The notes: generated by a model from the sequence alone, not told the origin. A stretch of 64,000 nt of DNA from Clostridia bacterium (GCA_017935065.1 JAGBIF010000031.1:302-64301), one strand, 5' to 3'; shown: positions 42,853 through 51,690, numbered from the stretch's first letter. Numbers and translations are program-made.

Positions 42853-43947
42853 ATGAAAACCATAATGTTAGTATTCGGCACGAGGCCGGAGGCCATTAAG
42901 ATGTGTCCGCTTGTTAACGAGCTTAAGACGAGGGCGGGGATAAGGACGCTTGTGTGCGTGACGGGGCAGCACCGTCAGATGCTTGACCAGGTGCTTGACG
43001 CCTTTGGCGTCAAGCCTGACTATGATTTGTCTATAATGAAGGCGGGGCAGACGCTCTTTGATATTACGACGAATATTCTTGAGCGTATAGGCTCGGTGCT
43101 TGACGAGGCGAAGCCTGACGTCGTGCTTGTTCACGGTGATACCTCAACAACCTTCGTGACGGCTCTTGCCTGCTTCTATAAGCAGATTGCGGTGGGGCAC
43201 GTCGAGGCGGGGCTTCGCACCTACAATATTTACAGCCCCTATCCCGAGGAATTCAACCGTCAGGCGGTATCTATTATATCGAAATACAACTTCGCTCCGA
43301 CCGAGCTTTCACGCGACAACCTTCTCAGGGAAGGGAAGTGTGCCGAGAGCATTTATATCACGGGCAACACCGCTATTGACGCGCTCAAAACTACGGTAAG
43401 AGATGACTACACGCACCCCGAGCTTAAGTGGGCAGAGGGCTCAAGACTTATCCTCATCACCGCACACCGCAGAGAAAACCTCGGTGAGCCTATGCTTCGT
43501 ATGTTCCGCGCTATAAGACGCGTTATGAGCGAGCACACGGACGTCAAGGCAATTTATCCTATACATATGAACCCCGCTGTAAGAGCCGCGGCAGATGCCG
43601 AGCTTGCAGGGCTTGACAGGGTGCATATAATCGAGCCGCTTGAGGTGCTTGATTTCCACAACTTTATGGCGAAATCCTATATGATACTCACCGATTCGGG
43701 CGGAATACAGGAGGAGGCACCCTCGCTCGGCAAGCCCGTTCTCGTTATGCGAGACACGACCGAGCGCCCCGAGGGTATAGGAGCAGGCACGCTGAGGCTT
43801 GTCGGCACCGACGAGGAGGTTATCTACAACAGCTTCACCGAGCTTCTCGACAACCCCGCGACCTACGAAAGCATGTCAAGGGCATCCAACCCCTACGGCG
43901 ACGGCCTCGCCTGCAAGAGAATAGCGGATATTCTTGAAAACAGTTAA
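42853..43947 (+). CDS. wecB: UDP-N-acetylglucosamine 2-epimerase (non-hydrolysing)
   Basis: FGTRPEAIKMCPL, HGDTSTTF, GHVEAGLRT, HRREN.GEP, TDSGGIQEEAPSLGKPVLVMRDTTERPEG. Confidence 0.9.
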   Translation: MKTIMLVFGTRPEAIKMCPLVNELKTRAGIRTLVCVTGQHRQMLDQVLDAFGVKPDYDLSIMKAGQTLFDITTNILERIGSVLDEAKPDVVLVHGDTSTTFVTALACFYKQIAVGHVEAGLRTYNIYSPYPEEFNRQAVSIISKYNFAPTELSRDNLLREGKCAESIYITGNTAIDALKTTVRDDYTHPELKWAEGSRLILITAHRRENLGEPMLRMFRAIRRVMSEHTDVKAIYPIHMNPAVRAAADAELAGLDRVHIIEPLEVLDFHNFMAKSYMILTDSGGIQEEAPSLGKPVLVMRDTTERPEGIGAGTLRLVGTDEEVIYNSFTELLDNPATYESMSRASNPYGDGLACKRIADILENS

Positions 43948-43950
43948 AAA

Positions 43951-43998
43951 ACAGGTCTGCCGACACCCACAAAAGGGCACTCGGCAGACCTGTTTGTT
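43951..43998 (+). terminator. Intrinsic terminator closing the polysaccharide locus
   Basis: ACAGGTCTGCCGA (43951-43963) pairs with TCGGCAGACCTGT (43981-43993), followed by TTGTT. Confidence 0.75.
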
Positions 43999-44101
43999 GC
44001 AAAAATCTATTAGGGCTTTATACATACCGAAAACAATTTATATTTGTGCAGAAGGTTTTCAATATCGGCAAAATAACCTCTAAAAATAATTCTCAAAACG
44101 C

Positions 44102-44130
44102 TTGATATTTTGCCGATGATGTGCTATAAT
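44102..44130 (+). promoter_or_regulatory. Sigma-A type promoter for fic, overlapped by a TTGCCGAT motif
   Basis: TTGATA, a 17-nt spacer ending in TGc, then TATAAT (44125-44130). The spacer contains TATTTTGCCGAT, the inverted partner of ATCGGCAAAATA at 44064-44075. Confidence 0.6.
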
Positions 44131-44170
44131 AATAGTGTTAATTGCCGATAACGGTTTTTGAGGTGAATTT

Positions 44171-45058
44171 ATGAAATATATTTCGGTCGCAGATGCGGCG
44201 AAAAAATGGGGGATTTCCGAGCGGAGCGTCAGGAATTACTGCGGGCTAGGGCGTGTTGTCGGCGCGAGGCTTGTTGGTAAGATATGGGAAATTCCAGACG
44301 TAGCAGAGAAGCCTGAAAGAGCTACTCGCTCGGACAAAAAACGCACACTGCTTGATATTTTGCGTGAGGAAAAGGCCGCACGTCTTTCGGGCGGTATTTA
44401 TCACAGAGTTCAGATAGACCTGACATATAATTCAAATCATATTGAAGGCTCGCGCCTTACACACGACGAAACGCGATATATATTTGAAACAAATACGATA
44501 GGACTTTCCGAAAAGACGGTCAACGTTGACGATATTATTGAAACGTCAAATCATTTCAGATGCATTGACTGTATGATAGATAATGCTCATCTTGCACTTT
44601 CGGAACGATACGTCAAGCAGCTTCATTTTCTTCTGAAAAGCACCACCAGCGATAGCCGCCGTGATTGGTTCAGAGTAGGCGAATATAAAGGGTTGCCCAA
44701 CGAAGTAGGGGGGATTGATACCACCGCCCCCGAGTGCGTAGCCGCGAAAATGAAAGCTTTGCTTCGTAGCTACAACGCAAAGCAGGGAAAAAGCATTGAG
44801 GATATTATAGCTCTTCACGTTGCTTTTGAGCGGATACATCCCTTCCAAGACGGCAATGGAAGAGTAGGCAGACTTATTATGTTCGGGGAATGCCTGAAGC
44901 ATAATATTGTTCCGTTTATCATAGACGATGAGCATAAGCTGTTTTATTACAGAGGACTTAAAGAGTGGGATATCGAGCGCGGATTTCTTATCGACACCTG
45001 TCTTTCAGCACAGGATAAATTTAAGACGATCCTACAAAAATTTAATATTGAAATATAA
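44171..45058 (+). CDS. Fic-family protein with an N-terminal HTH (MerR/excisionase-like) domain
   Basis: It carries the canonical Fic motif HPFQDGNGRVGRL. The N-terminus ISVADAAKKWGISERSVRNYC is HTH-like. Confidence 0.85.
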   Translation: MKYISVADAAKKWGISERSVRNYCGLGRVVGARLVGKIWEIPDVAEKPERATRSDKKRTLLDILREEKAARLSGGIYHRVQIDLTYNSNHIEGSRLTHDETRYIFETNTIGLSEKTVNVDDIIETSNHFRCIDCMIDNAHLALSERYVKQLHFLLKSTTSDSRRDWFRVGEYKGLPNEVGGIDTTAPECVAAKMKALLRSYNAKQGKSIEDIIALHVAFERIHPFQDGNGRVGRLIMFGECLKHNIVPFIIDDEHKLFYYRGLKEWDIERGFLIDTCLSAQDKFKTILQKFNIEI

Positions 45059-45084
45059 AAAAGAGGGTGGCGCCCTCTTTTTTG
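45059..45084 (+). terminator. Intrinsic terminator
   Basis: AAGAGGG-TGGCG-CCCTCTT followed by TTTTG. Confidence 0.75.
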
Positions 45085-45167
45085 CTTTACGCCGCCTGGG
45101 GTATTGCTTCGCTCAGCGCTGCAGAGAGCATATTTTTAATATTGCTCTTAATATTTTTTGTTATATA

Positions 45168-45196
45168 TTGCAATTATTCTTCGGCTGTGCTATAAT
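45168..45196 (+). promoter_or_regulatory. Sigma-A type promoter for the Cys-repeat lipoprotein gene
   Basis: TTGCAA, a 17-nt spacer ending in TGc, then TATAAT (45191-45196). Confidence 0.6.
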
Positions 45197-45202
45197 ATAA
45201 GA

Positions 45203-45366
45203 GCCAAACAAGTTGAATAATAATTCGAATGGGATATTTCTCTTTATGGGAGAACTATACCTTTTTCGCGTTGCCGATTAACTTTTAGAATTTGATAAAA
45301 ATGCAAATTTCAGAGGGTTAATTGGCAGGTATTTTTATATCTCCGTTCATCTTCAACTTGTTTGGC
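45203..45366 (+). promoter_or_regulatory. 164-nt rod-like hairpin at the predicted 5' end of the transcript
   Basis: Nested helices are GCCAAACAAGTTGAA (45203-45217) with TTCAACTTGTTTGGC (45352-45366), GGAGA..ATACC with GGTAT..TCTCC, and GCCGATTAAC (45273-45282) with GTTAATTGGC (45317-45326). The apical helix is AATTTG with CAAATT. Confidence 0.6.
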
Positions 45367-45389
45367 GACGGTTGGAGTTTGCGTTTTTT

Positions 45390-45424
45390 GTGCGTCGGCT
45401 CATACCGACGCACTTTTTATTTTA
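45390..45424 (+). terminator. Leader terminator (attenuator) 19 nt upstream of the start codon
   Basis: GTGCGTCGG-CTCATA-CCGACGCAC followed by TTTTTATTTTAT, located between the promoter and the ribosome-binding site AAAGGAG. Confidence 0.65.
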
Positions 45425-45442
45425 TATTAAAGGAGTAAGAAG

Positions 45443-47968
45443 ATGAAAAAGAACCTGATCTTATTTATCACAGCGCTTTTTGTGATCTTATCACTCACTC
45501 TGCTGACAGGCTGTGAAATCCCTGGAGTTTCCTGCCAGCACCGAGATGCGGACGACAACTCGCTTTGCGATAAGTGTGGCGAGAGTTACACCGACGGCAA
45601 GGACGTAGAGGAAAGTACACCCTGCCAGCACAGAGATGCCGACGACAACTCGCTTTGCGATAAGTGTGGCGAGAGTTACACCGACGGCAAGGACGTAGAG
45701 GACAGTACGTCCTGCCAGCACAGAGATGCGGACGACAATACGCTCTGTGATAAGTGTGGCGAAAGTTACACCGACGGAAAGGACATAGACGACGGCGAAC
45801 CCATTCCTCATTCCCACAGTTTTACGGTGAAGAATATTGATGATAAGTATATATCCTCAGCGGCAGATTGTTCAAATGCAGCCGTCTTTTGGTATTCCTG
45901 TGCCTGCGGTGAGAAGGGAACCGAAACTTTCACCAGCGGCACTCCACTCGGTCACGACGAGCAGCCTCACGCGGCAAAATCACCCGATTGCACTAACTTC
46001 GGCTGGGACGCATACGTGACCTGTTCGCGTTGCGATTATTCTACCTATTCACAAAAGCCTGCCCTCGGACATACTGAGATCATTGATGATGCGGTGGCGG
46101 CAGACTGTACGAATACAGGTCTTACCGAAGGTAAGCACTGTGATACCTGCGGTGAGGTGCTCGTGCCTCAGCAAATTGTAGGTGCGGGCGGACATAACTA
46201 CGTCGCGGGTGTATGTAGCGGTTGCGGTGATGAGTTACTTACGGGCAACGTAATGTATAACGCGCAAAAGACGGCAGTCAGTGTAAACGACGTCCTGACT
46301 CCCGAACTGTTCTCGGCATATTGCCTCTACTCGAACGGTCAGAATGCGACGGTAACCCTTACCGTAAACGGAACTCAGACGGCAGGCAGCACAATTGATA
46401 TAAGACTTAGTGTGACTACCACGAAGGAAAGCAAGCAGGTCACCCTGAGGGATATAAAGGTCTACGGTATGCCGACGCTCACCGTTGACGATACCGTCAC
46501 AGCTATTAACGTATATAACGACCTGAATGCCGAAAAATTCTCTGCCGTAGGTACGGACAGTTTTGGTGATGAGGCAGAAGTCAGCGTATATATTGACAAA
46601 AACTATACCGTAGGCGAGATAGTCACCGTCACCGTAAGTGCTACCGATGTGGCAGGCAATGAAACTGTAAAGAATATAAATAACGTAAAGGCGTACGGAG
46701 ATCCAACGCTTACGTATAATACCGAGAGAAAGCATATAAACCTTAACGATGGATTTACGGCAGAACTGTTTGAGGCTGTCGCTACCGATTCCTTCGGCGT
46801 AGAGTGTGACGTCGAGATAAGCGCAAGCGAGGAAACATTTAAATCGGGAACTACCGTTACCGTATATCTTACCGCTACCGATATCATAGGCAGTAAGACC
46901 GTGAGAAGTATTTCGGACGTTAAGATATACAGCGCGCCGAGGGTCGTGTTTGATGAATTTATTTACGATAGCACCGATATATCCTTCGTAGCCGTTGTTT
47001 ACGATAGCTTTGGCAACGAGCTTATACCCGAAATAACCTACACGGGCTCGCTTATCGACGGCAGTGAGGTCATAGTGACGGTAAAGGCATCTGACTCGGT
47101 CGGAAACAGCGTAGAGAAGACTAAACGTTACGTCGTTAACCACGATGAGCATACCTATGAGGACGGCTACTGTACAGTATGCGGTATTGTTTGCCCGTAC
47201 ACACGCGACGGTAATTATATCTACTTCGGCGAATATCCGCAGACTATAAAGGCAGATAGCGTGACGATAACTTCGATTACCGACTCGCGCGGTTATTATC
47301 TCGGTAGCGACGGATATTATTACGCAAAGGTCACGGCGTCGCCGTACAAATCGGGCTATACCTTCTCGACAGGCACTACCGTCACAAGCGGTACTGTCTA
47401 CTACTTCAAGGTCGAGCCTATCCGCTGGCGTATACTGTCCGAAGACGGCGAGAGCGCCTTTATACTCTGCGACAGTATAATAGCGAATAAGAAGTATTAC
47501 AGCAATTCTAACTACAAGGACAGTGATATCCGCGCATGGCTTAACGACACCTTCTTTAAGACGGTATTCACCGAACTGCAACAACAGATAATACTTACTA
47601 CTACGGTAGACAACAGTGTAGCAAGCACGGGTTATAGCATAAACCCCTACGTGTGTGATGATACCGAGGATAAAATATTCCTGCTCTCGTACAGCGAAGT
47701 AACTGACAGCGACTACGGTTTTTCGTCAAGCAGTTCAACTTTCGATACCGCAAGACAAAGGTCTACCAGCGACTATTCAAGGGCGACGGGTGTTTATATG
47801 TACACTGATAGCAGTTACTTCGGCAACGGCTCTTGGTGGCTTCGTTCTCCTATTTACTTCGATAGAGGTGGTGCGAGGGGCGTCGACGGTTACGGCGGTG
47901 CGGACTCCAACTGCATTGTCTTCTACGCTTCTTGCGGCGTTGTCCCCGCTTTAAATATTCGGCTTTGA
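45443..47968 (+). CDS. Large surface lipoprotein: Cys-motif repeats, Ig-like repeats, C-terminal DUF6273-like domain
   Basis: 841 aa with lipobox LLTGC. It has 3 x [24 protein letters not shown] and further H..C..C modules. Repeated ~75-aa beta-rich modules follow (TV..TD..GN). The C-terminus [10 protein letters not shown]...WRIL...WWLRSP is typical of DUF6273. Confidence 0.7.
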   Translation: MKKNLILFITALFVILSLTLLTGCEIPGVSCQHRDADDNSLCDKCGESYTDGKDVEESTPCQHRDADDNSLCDKCGESYTDGKDVEDSTSCQHRDADDNTLCDKCGESYTDGKDIDDGEPIPHSHSFTVKNIDDKYISSAADCSNAAVFWYSCACGEKGTETFTSGTPLGHDEQPHAAKSPDCTNFGWDAYVTCSRCDYSTYSQKPALGHTEIIDDAVAADCTNTGLTEGKHCDTCGEVLVPQQIVGAGGHNYVAGVCSGCGDELLTGNVMYNAQKTAVSVNDVLTPELFSAYCLYSNGQNATVTLTVNGTQTAGSTIDIRLSVTTTKESKQVTLRDIKVYGMPTLTVDDTVTAINVYNDLNAEKFSAVGTDSFGDEAEVSVYIDKNYTVGEIVTVTVSATDVAGNETVKNINNVKAYGDPTLTYNTERKHINLNDGFTAELFEAVATDSFGVECDVEISASEETFKSGTTVTVYLTATDIIGSKTVRSISDVKIYSAPRVVFDEFIYDSTDISFVAVVYDSFGNELIPEITYTGSLIDGSEVIVTVKASDSVGNSVEKTKRYVVNHDEHTYEDGYCTVCGIVCPYTRDGNYIYFGEYPQTIKADSVTITSITDSRGYYLGSDGYYYAKVTASPYKSGYTFSTGTTVTSGTVYYFKVEPIRWRILSEDGESAFILCDSIIANKKYYSNSNYKDSDIRAWLNDTFFKTVFTELQQQIILTTTVDNSVASTGYSINPYVCDDTEDKIFLLSYSEVTDSDYGFSSSSSTFDTARQRSTSDYSRATGVYMYTDSSYFGNGSWWLRSPIYFDRGGARGVDGYGGADSNCIVFYASCGVVPALNIRL
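45531..45800 (+). repeat. 3 x 90-bp in-frame tandem repeat
   Basis: CCTGCCAGCAC recurs at 45531, 45621 and 45711. The copies are near-identical at the DNA level. Confidence 0.9.
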
Positions 47969-48060
47969 GGTACGAAAAGACTTACTATAAAAATCCTCCT
48001 CGCGGGCGGTGAGGCACTTTGCGCCCCGCCCGCTCCAAAATAAAATGAAAGGATCATATT

Positions 48061-48927
48061 ATGGAGATTAAAATTATTGAAGAAGTAAAAAAATTTTTTA
48101 ATGAAGCAAAACCTATCAAAGAAGGCGATTATGATAGCATTCCCGAGCTTGATGTGTATTTTAACGAAATTGAGGATTTGATAAGAAAAGATTTTGGTGA
48201 CATATTAAATTCCGTACCTCAAAGCAATTTGCGTTCTTGGGATAATTGCAGGCGTGTGTTCCGTCGTGCAGCATACCAACGAAATCCCGAATCGGCAGAT
48301 TTGCCAACTCACCCCGAATGCAAATGCTATATCTGTAAAGAGGATTGCAAGGGTATGAACTGCCGTCTTTGCGACAATTCTCTCGCTCTTAATCTTGCAT
48401 TTTATCTTTCAAGCTGGGGAATGTATAGAAGCTCTTTCTTGAAAAAATATGATCATACGATACATATTGGCGCAGTTAAAATACTTATGGACTTTAATTA
48501 TTTGCCGCTTTTTGATCCTTGGCTTTGGTATAATAAGCCTTGTTTATACAAAGAGCTTGTTAAAGATGTCTATGAAAGACTTTTTGAATATTATGCTCAC
48601 TACGCTTCTAAAAAGACAAGGCAAAACGGCAAACCATATAACGTTACAGACACGCTTATCACGAAAATTCTTTTAGGCGTTTATGGCTGTATTCCAGCAT
48701 ACGATAAGAATGTTAAAAAGGCGATATATAACATAGGTGGAACTAATAAAATTACACTTATCCCATATAACCTAGATAAAGTACTTCATGAGGTTGTGGT
48801 TTTAGCTCATATATTTTTGCCGATTATTAACATGATGCTTCTTAAATCAAAAACAGGTTGGGATAAATGCGGTCTTTACACGCCAATGAAGTTTTTAGAT
48901 ATGATTTTATTTTCACTAGGTCATTAA
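48061..48927 (+). CDS. Hypothetical protein (288 aa), AT-rich orphan with a Cys cluster
   Basis: Clean ORF with a ribosome-binding site (AAAGGA). It has the cluster HPECKCYICKEDCKGMNCRLCDN. I cannot assign a family. Confidence 0.5.
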   Translation: MEIKIIEEVKKFFNEAKPIKEGDYDSIPELDVYFNEIEDLIRKDFGDILNSVPQSNLRSWDNCRRVFRRAAYQRNPESADLPTHPECKCYICKEDCKGMNCRLCDNSLALNLAFYLSSWGMYRSSFLKKYDHTIHIGAVKILMDFNYLPLFDPWLWYNKPCLYKELVKDVYERLFEYYAHYASKKTRQNGKPYNVTDTLITKILLGVYGCIPAYDKNVKKAIYNIGGTNKITLIPYNLDKVLHEVVVLAHIFLPIINMMLLKSKTGWDKCGLYTPMKFLDMILFSLGH

Positions 48928-49031
48928 ATCCGAAGTTTTATTAGACTTATATTGTGGCGAATAACCAAATGAGAGGGAAGCATTTTGCAACCCTCTCAAT
49001 TTTTATATTCAATTTTGCATTCTGCATTAAC

Positions 49032-49127
49032 TCACGCCGCCTTTGGCTGTACCTGACTTTGTGCCGCACTTAGCATATTCTCGATAAAAATTCCATAACC
49101 TTCGGTCGGATTGGCTATTAGTACAAT
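49032..49127 (-). pseudogene. Duplicated relic of the spoIVB 3' end
   Basis: The minus strand translates to VLIANPTEGYGIFIENMLSAAQSQVQPKAA*, compared with the authentic C-terminus HVLIANPTEGYGIFIENMLAAAQNQVIPKAA*. DNA identity is roughly 80% over ~100 nt, and similarity ends upstream of that. Confidence 0.7.
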
Positions 49128-49266
49128 GCGTAGGCGTTCCCTGAAATTTGTGCGAACATAGTGAGGAACGCTAAAAGTTTTCGCCCCTCTCAAAACAGCG
49201 CGAGAGGGGCTTTGCTTCGCAAAGTTCCGAAAACTGTTAAGCTGTAGTGCCTCGCAAATCCAACGG

Positions 49267-50370
49267 TTACGCCGCCTTTGGTATCACCTGATTTTGTGCG
49301 GCTGCTAACATATTTTCGATGAAAATGCCATATCCTTCGGTTGGATTTGCTATCAAAACATGTGTTACCGCACCGACGAGCTTGCCGTCTTGGATTATAG
49401 GAGAGCCGCTCATTCCGCGGACAATGCCGCCTGTGAGGGCTATGAGGGCTTCGTCTGTTACCTTTATTTTAAAGGATTTTGAGCCGTCTGAGGCGTAGTC
49501 GATGTCGAACAGCTCGACCTCATATCTTGCTCGCTTACCGCCCTTTACGGTTGAGATTATCTCAGCCTTGCCCTCTTTTACCTCATCACGCGCGGCGACG
49601 GGGATTGGCTCATCCATCTGCTTTTTCTTTAACCCCTCGCCGTTCAGTGTGCCGAAAACACCTACCCTTGTATTCTTCCTTATATCACCCAGCGTGTCGT
49701 GCGTCAGTATACCGCGAAGCTCACCCGGCTTGCCGCCCTCACCCCGAGAGGCACCGCCTAAAATCACCCCTGTGCAGACACCGTCTGTCATAGGAAGCAG
49801 CTTGCCGCTATCCTGGTCGCAGATGCCGTGACCGAGACCGCCGAAGCTGGCGTCGGCGGGATTTATATAGGTTACAGTGCCTATGCCCGCCGCGCTGTCC
49901 GACATAAGCACGCCAAGCCTGAATTCGTCCGTGTCTGACAGAGGTATCGCAAGCGTCATACTCTTTCCGCCCCGTAAAATTGCCACTCTTGCTTCGTCCT
50001 TCGCCCCCGACAGTATCTCGCGCGCCTCATCGACGCTATTTACCTCTCTGCCGTTTATGCGCTCTATCCTATCACCCTCACAAAGTCCGCCCTCACTCTC
50101 GGTAAGTACCCTTGACACTCTGACACCCGCACCGCTTATCCTCGCTCCGAACACATCCCCGCTGGGGCACAGCATAAGCGCATCCTCACGCTTGTCCTCT
50201 TTTTTGCCAAAGATAAGCTCGCCAAAGCGCGATGCGATAACGACCTCACCGCCACTCTTATTTTCATATGCAGCACTCGGCAGGGCAGAGGATAAAAGAA
50301 GTGTCAGTGTGAGAAGCAGAAGGCATACAGCGCGTAAAATTTTTCTTCTGTTTTTGCTCTTCGTTTCCAT
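49267..50370 (-). CDS. spoIVB: SpoIVB signalling serine peptidase (S55, PDZ + protease)
   Basis: 367 aa with an N-terminal TM and a PDZ-like region (GDRIERINGREV). It carries the S55 motifs GIGTVTYINP....FGGLGHGI and GMSGSPII. Confidence 0.85.
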   Translation of the reverse strand: METKSKNRRKILRAVCLLLLTLTLLLSSALPSAAYENKSGGEVVIASRFGELIFGKKEDKREDALMLCPSGDVFGARISGAGVRVSRVLTESEGGLCEGDRIERINGREVNSVDEAREILSGAKDEARVAILRGGKSMTLAIPLSDTDEFRLGVLMSDSAAGIGTVTYINPADASFGGLGHGICDQDSGKLLPMTDGVCTGVILGGASRGEGGKPGELRGILTHDTLGDIRKNTRVGVFGTLNGEGLKKKQMDEPIPVAARDEVKEGKAEIISTVKGGKRARYEVELFDIDYASDGSKSFKIKVTDEALIALTGGIVRGMSGSPIIQDGKLVGAVTHVLIANPTEGYGIFIENMLAAAQNQVIPKAA

Positions 50371-50580
50371 TTTCTAGGACATCCCTTCCGTTCCTCGGCG
50401 AAAAATCACCGTAACTTTAATTTGCTCAGGGAGCCTTTTAAATATTAGTAGAAAAAAATGTAATAACGAAAATAGCACGCACCCGCGTGATGCTCTAAGT
50501 AGAGTATTCGCGCCGATGCGTGCTATTAATATAATGAAGGAAATTCTTTGAAATGTAAATATTTGTAAACAAATACACCC

Positions 50581-51690
50581 TTAAGGCATAGCAATCAGAG
50601 AGTGGTCAAGCTTGGTGTACTCGCTCGTAGGTGAGGCGGAGAGCCTGAGCGCATCCTCATCCGCACCTACCAGCTCACGCACGCGAGATGAAAGATAACT
50701 CTCGGTTATATACGCGAGGTTTTCGTTAAAATACTCATCGGTCTTATTCGTGCGGTAGAGGATATAGTAGTGCGAGCCATCTCCGTCGTTTATCGCTACC
50801 ACCTTGCTCGTTTCGCCTATATTTATTCTGAACGCTTCCTCGGTAAGCTCGGCAAAGTATGCGTCATCGAGGCTTGACTTGCCGATAAGAATACCAACCG
50901 CGCCGTCGCGCTCGGTAGTGGTGGTGAAGTTCATAATATAGGAAATGACACCCGCCTCGTTGACGTATGAGGCGATATTGTCGCGTATCTCTTGTGCGCG
51001 CTCGGCTGTGAAGCTTCGTGCGTCAAGCATAGCAAGCAGGCACCTCACGGCCTGGTCAGAGTCGTAGTAGGCGCGCACGTCGGCGTCGGTGTACTCAAGC
51101 TTGCCGTCCTTCATTTCGGGGGTGGGATTATTCTTATCGACGGTGCCTATATAATATTCGTTGATTTTATCCGTCGCTATGGCATAGCGGTAAAGCAGGT
51201 CCTGCACAGAGTAGTTAAGTCCGCTTTCCTTAAGCGACTGAAGATACTTATCGTAGTCACCGCCAAAGCCCTCTGCCGATACCTCACCGTCGTCATAACC
51301 CTCAACACTGCCTCTTATATATTCCTGCACCTGCTTGTCAAAGGATACCGAGTAGGGATTGATGCCAAGCTTCCTTGCGTGGTGAAGCGTGCCGTAAATT
51401 TCCGCGACCGAGTCAAGTATCATACCGTTTATTCTCGTTATATAGGCGCTCTTATTCTCGGACGTCCAAACGCTCGCATCCCCGCCGTCAACTTCCGACT
51501 TGTAATTTAAGAAAAACGCGCGGTACAGCTCGTATTTTACGTCATAGGTCTTGTCCTCATATGACAGGGTATAAAGCACGCGCGATTCCTCGGCGGTGCT
51601 GGGGACGGGCGGATAGTCCTTCTCACCGCACCCCGCAAGACAAAGCAGGAGCGATAAAATCAAAAGGAGCGAAAAGAGCTTTCTTTTCAT
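50581..51690 (-). CDS. Lipoprotein, possibly a PrsA/SurA-like foldase with a degenerate parvulin-like C-terminus
   Basis: 369 aa with lipobox LCLAGC. The C-terminus FRINIGETSKVVAINDGDGSHYYILYR resembles the end of parvulin domains. This is a weak call. Confidence 0.35.
   Translation of the reverse strand: MKRKLFSLLLILSLLLCLAGCGEKDYPPVPSTAEESRVLYTLSYEDKTYDVKYELYRAFFLNYKSEVDGGDASVWTSENKSAYITRINGMILDSVAEIYGTLHHARKLGINPYSVSFDKQVQEYIRGSVEGYDDGEVSAEGFGGDYDKYLQSLKESGLNYSVQDLLYRYAIATDKINEYYIGTVDKNNPTPEMKDGKLEYTDADVRAYYDSDQAVRCLLAMLDARSFTAERAQEIRDNIASYVNEAGVISYIMNFTTTTERDGAVGILIGKSSLDDAYFAELTEEAFRINIGETSKVVAINDGDGSHYYILYRTNKTDEYFNENLAYITESYLSSRVRELVGADEDALRLSASPTSEYTKLDHSLIAMP

Noticed and set aside
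45203-45424. Assignment of the lipoprotein leader to a known riboswitch class (c-di-GMP, T-box and others)
   Set aside because: I could not find the conserved cores I know. There is no T-box AGAGA/GGUGNRA-type sequence, no GEMM tetraloop-receptor pattern, and nothing similar. The leader is kept only as an unclassified attenuator candidate.
46235-47584. 449-aa minus-strand ORF inside the 841-aa lipoprotein gene
   Set aside because: It is antisense to a gene with a lipobox, repeats and a recognisable C-terminal domain. It has no ribosome-binding site and no motif.
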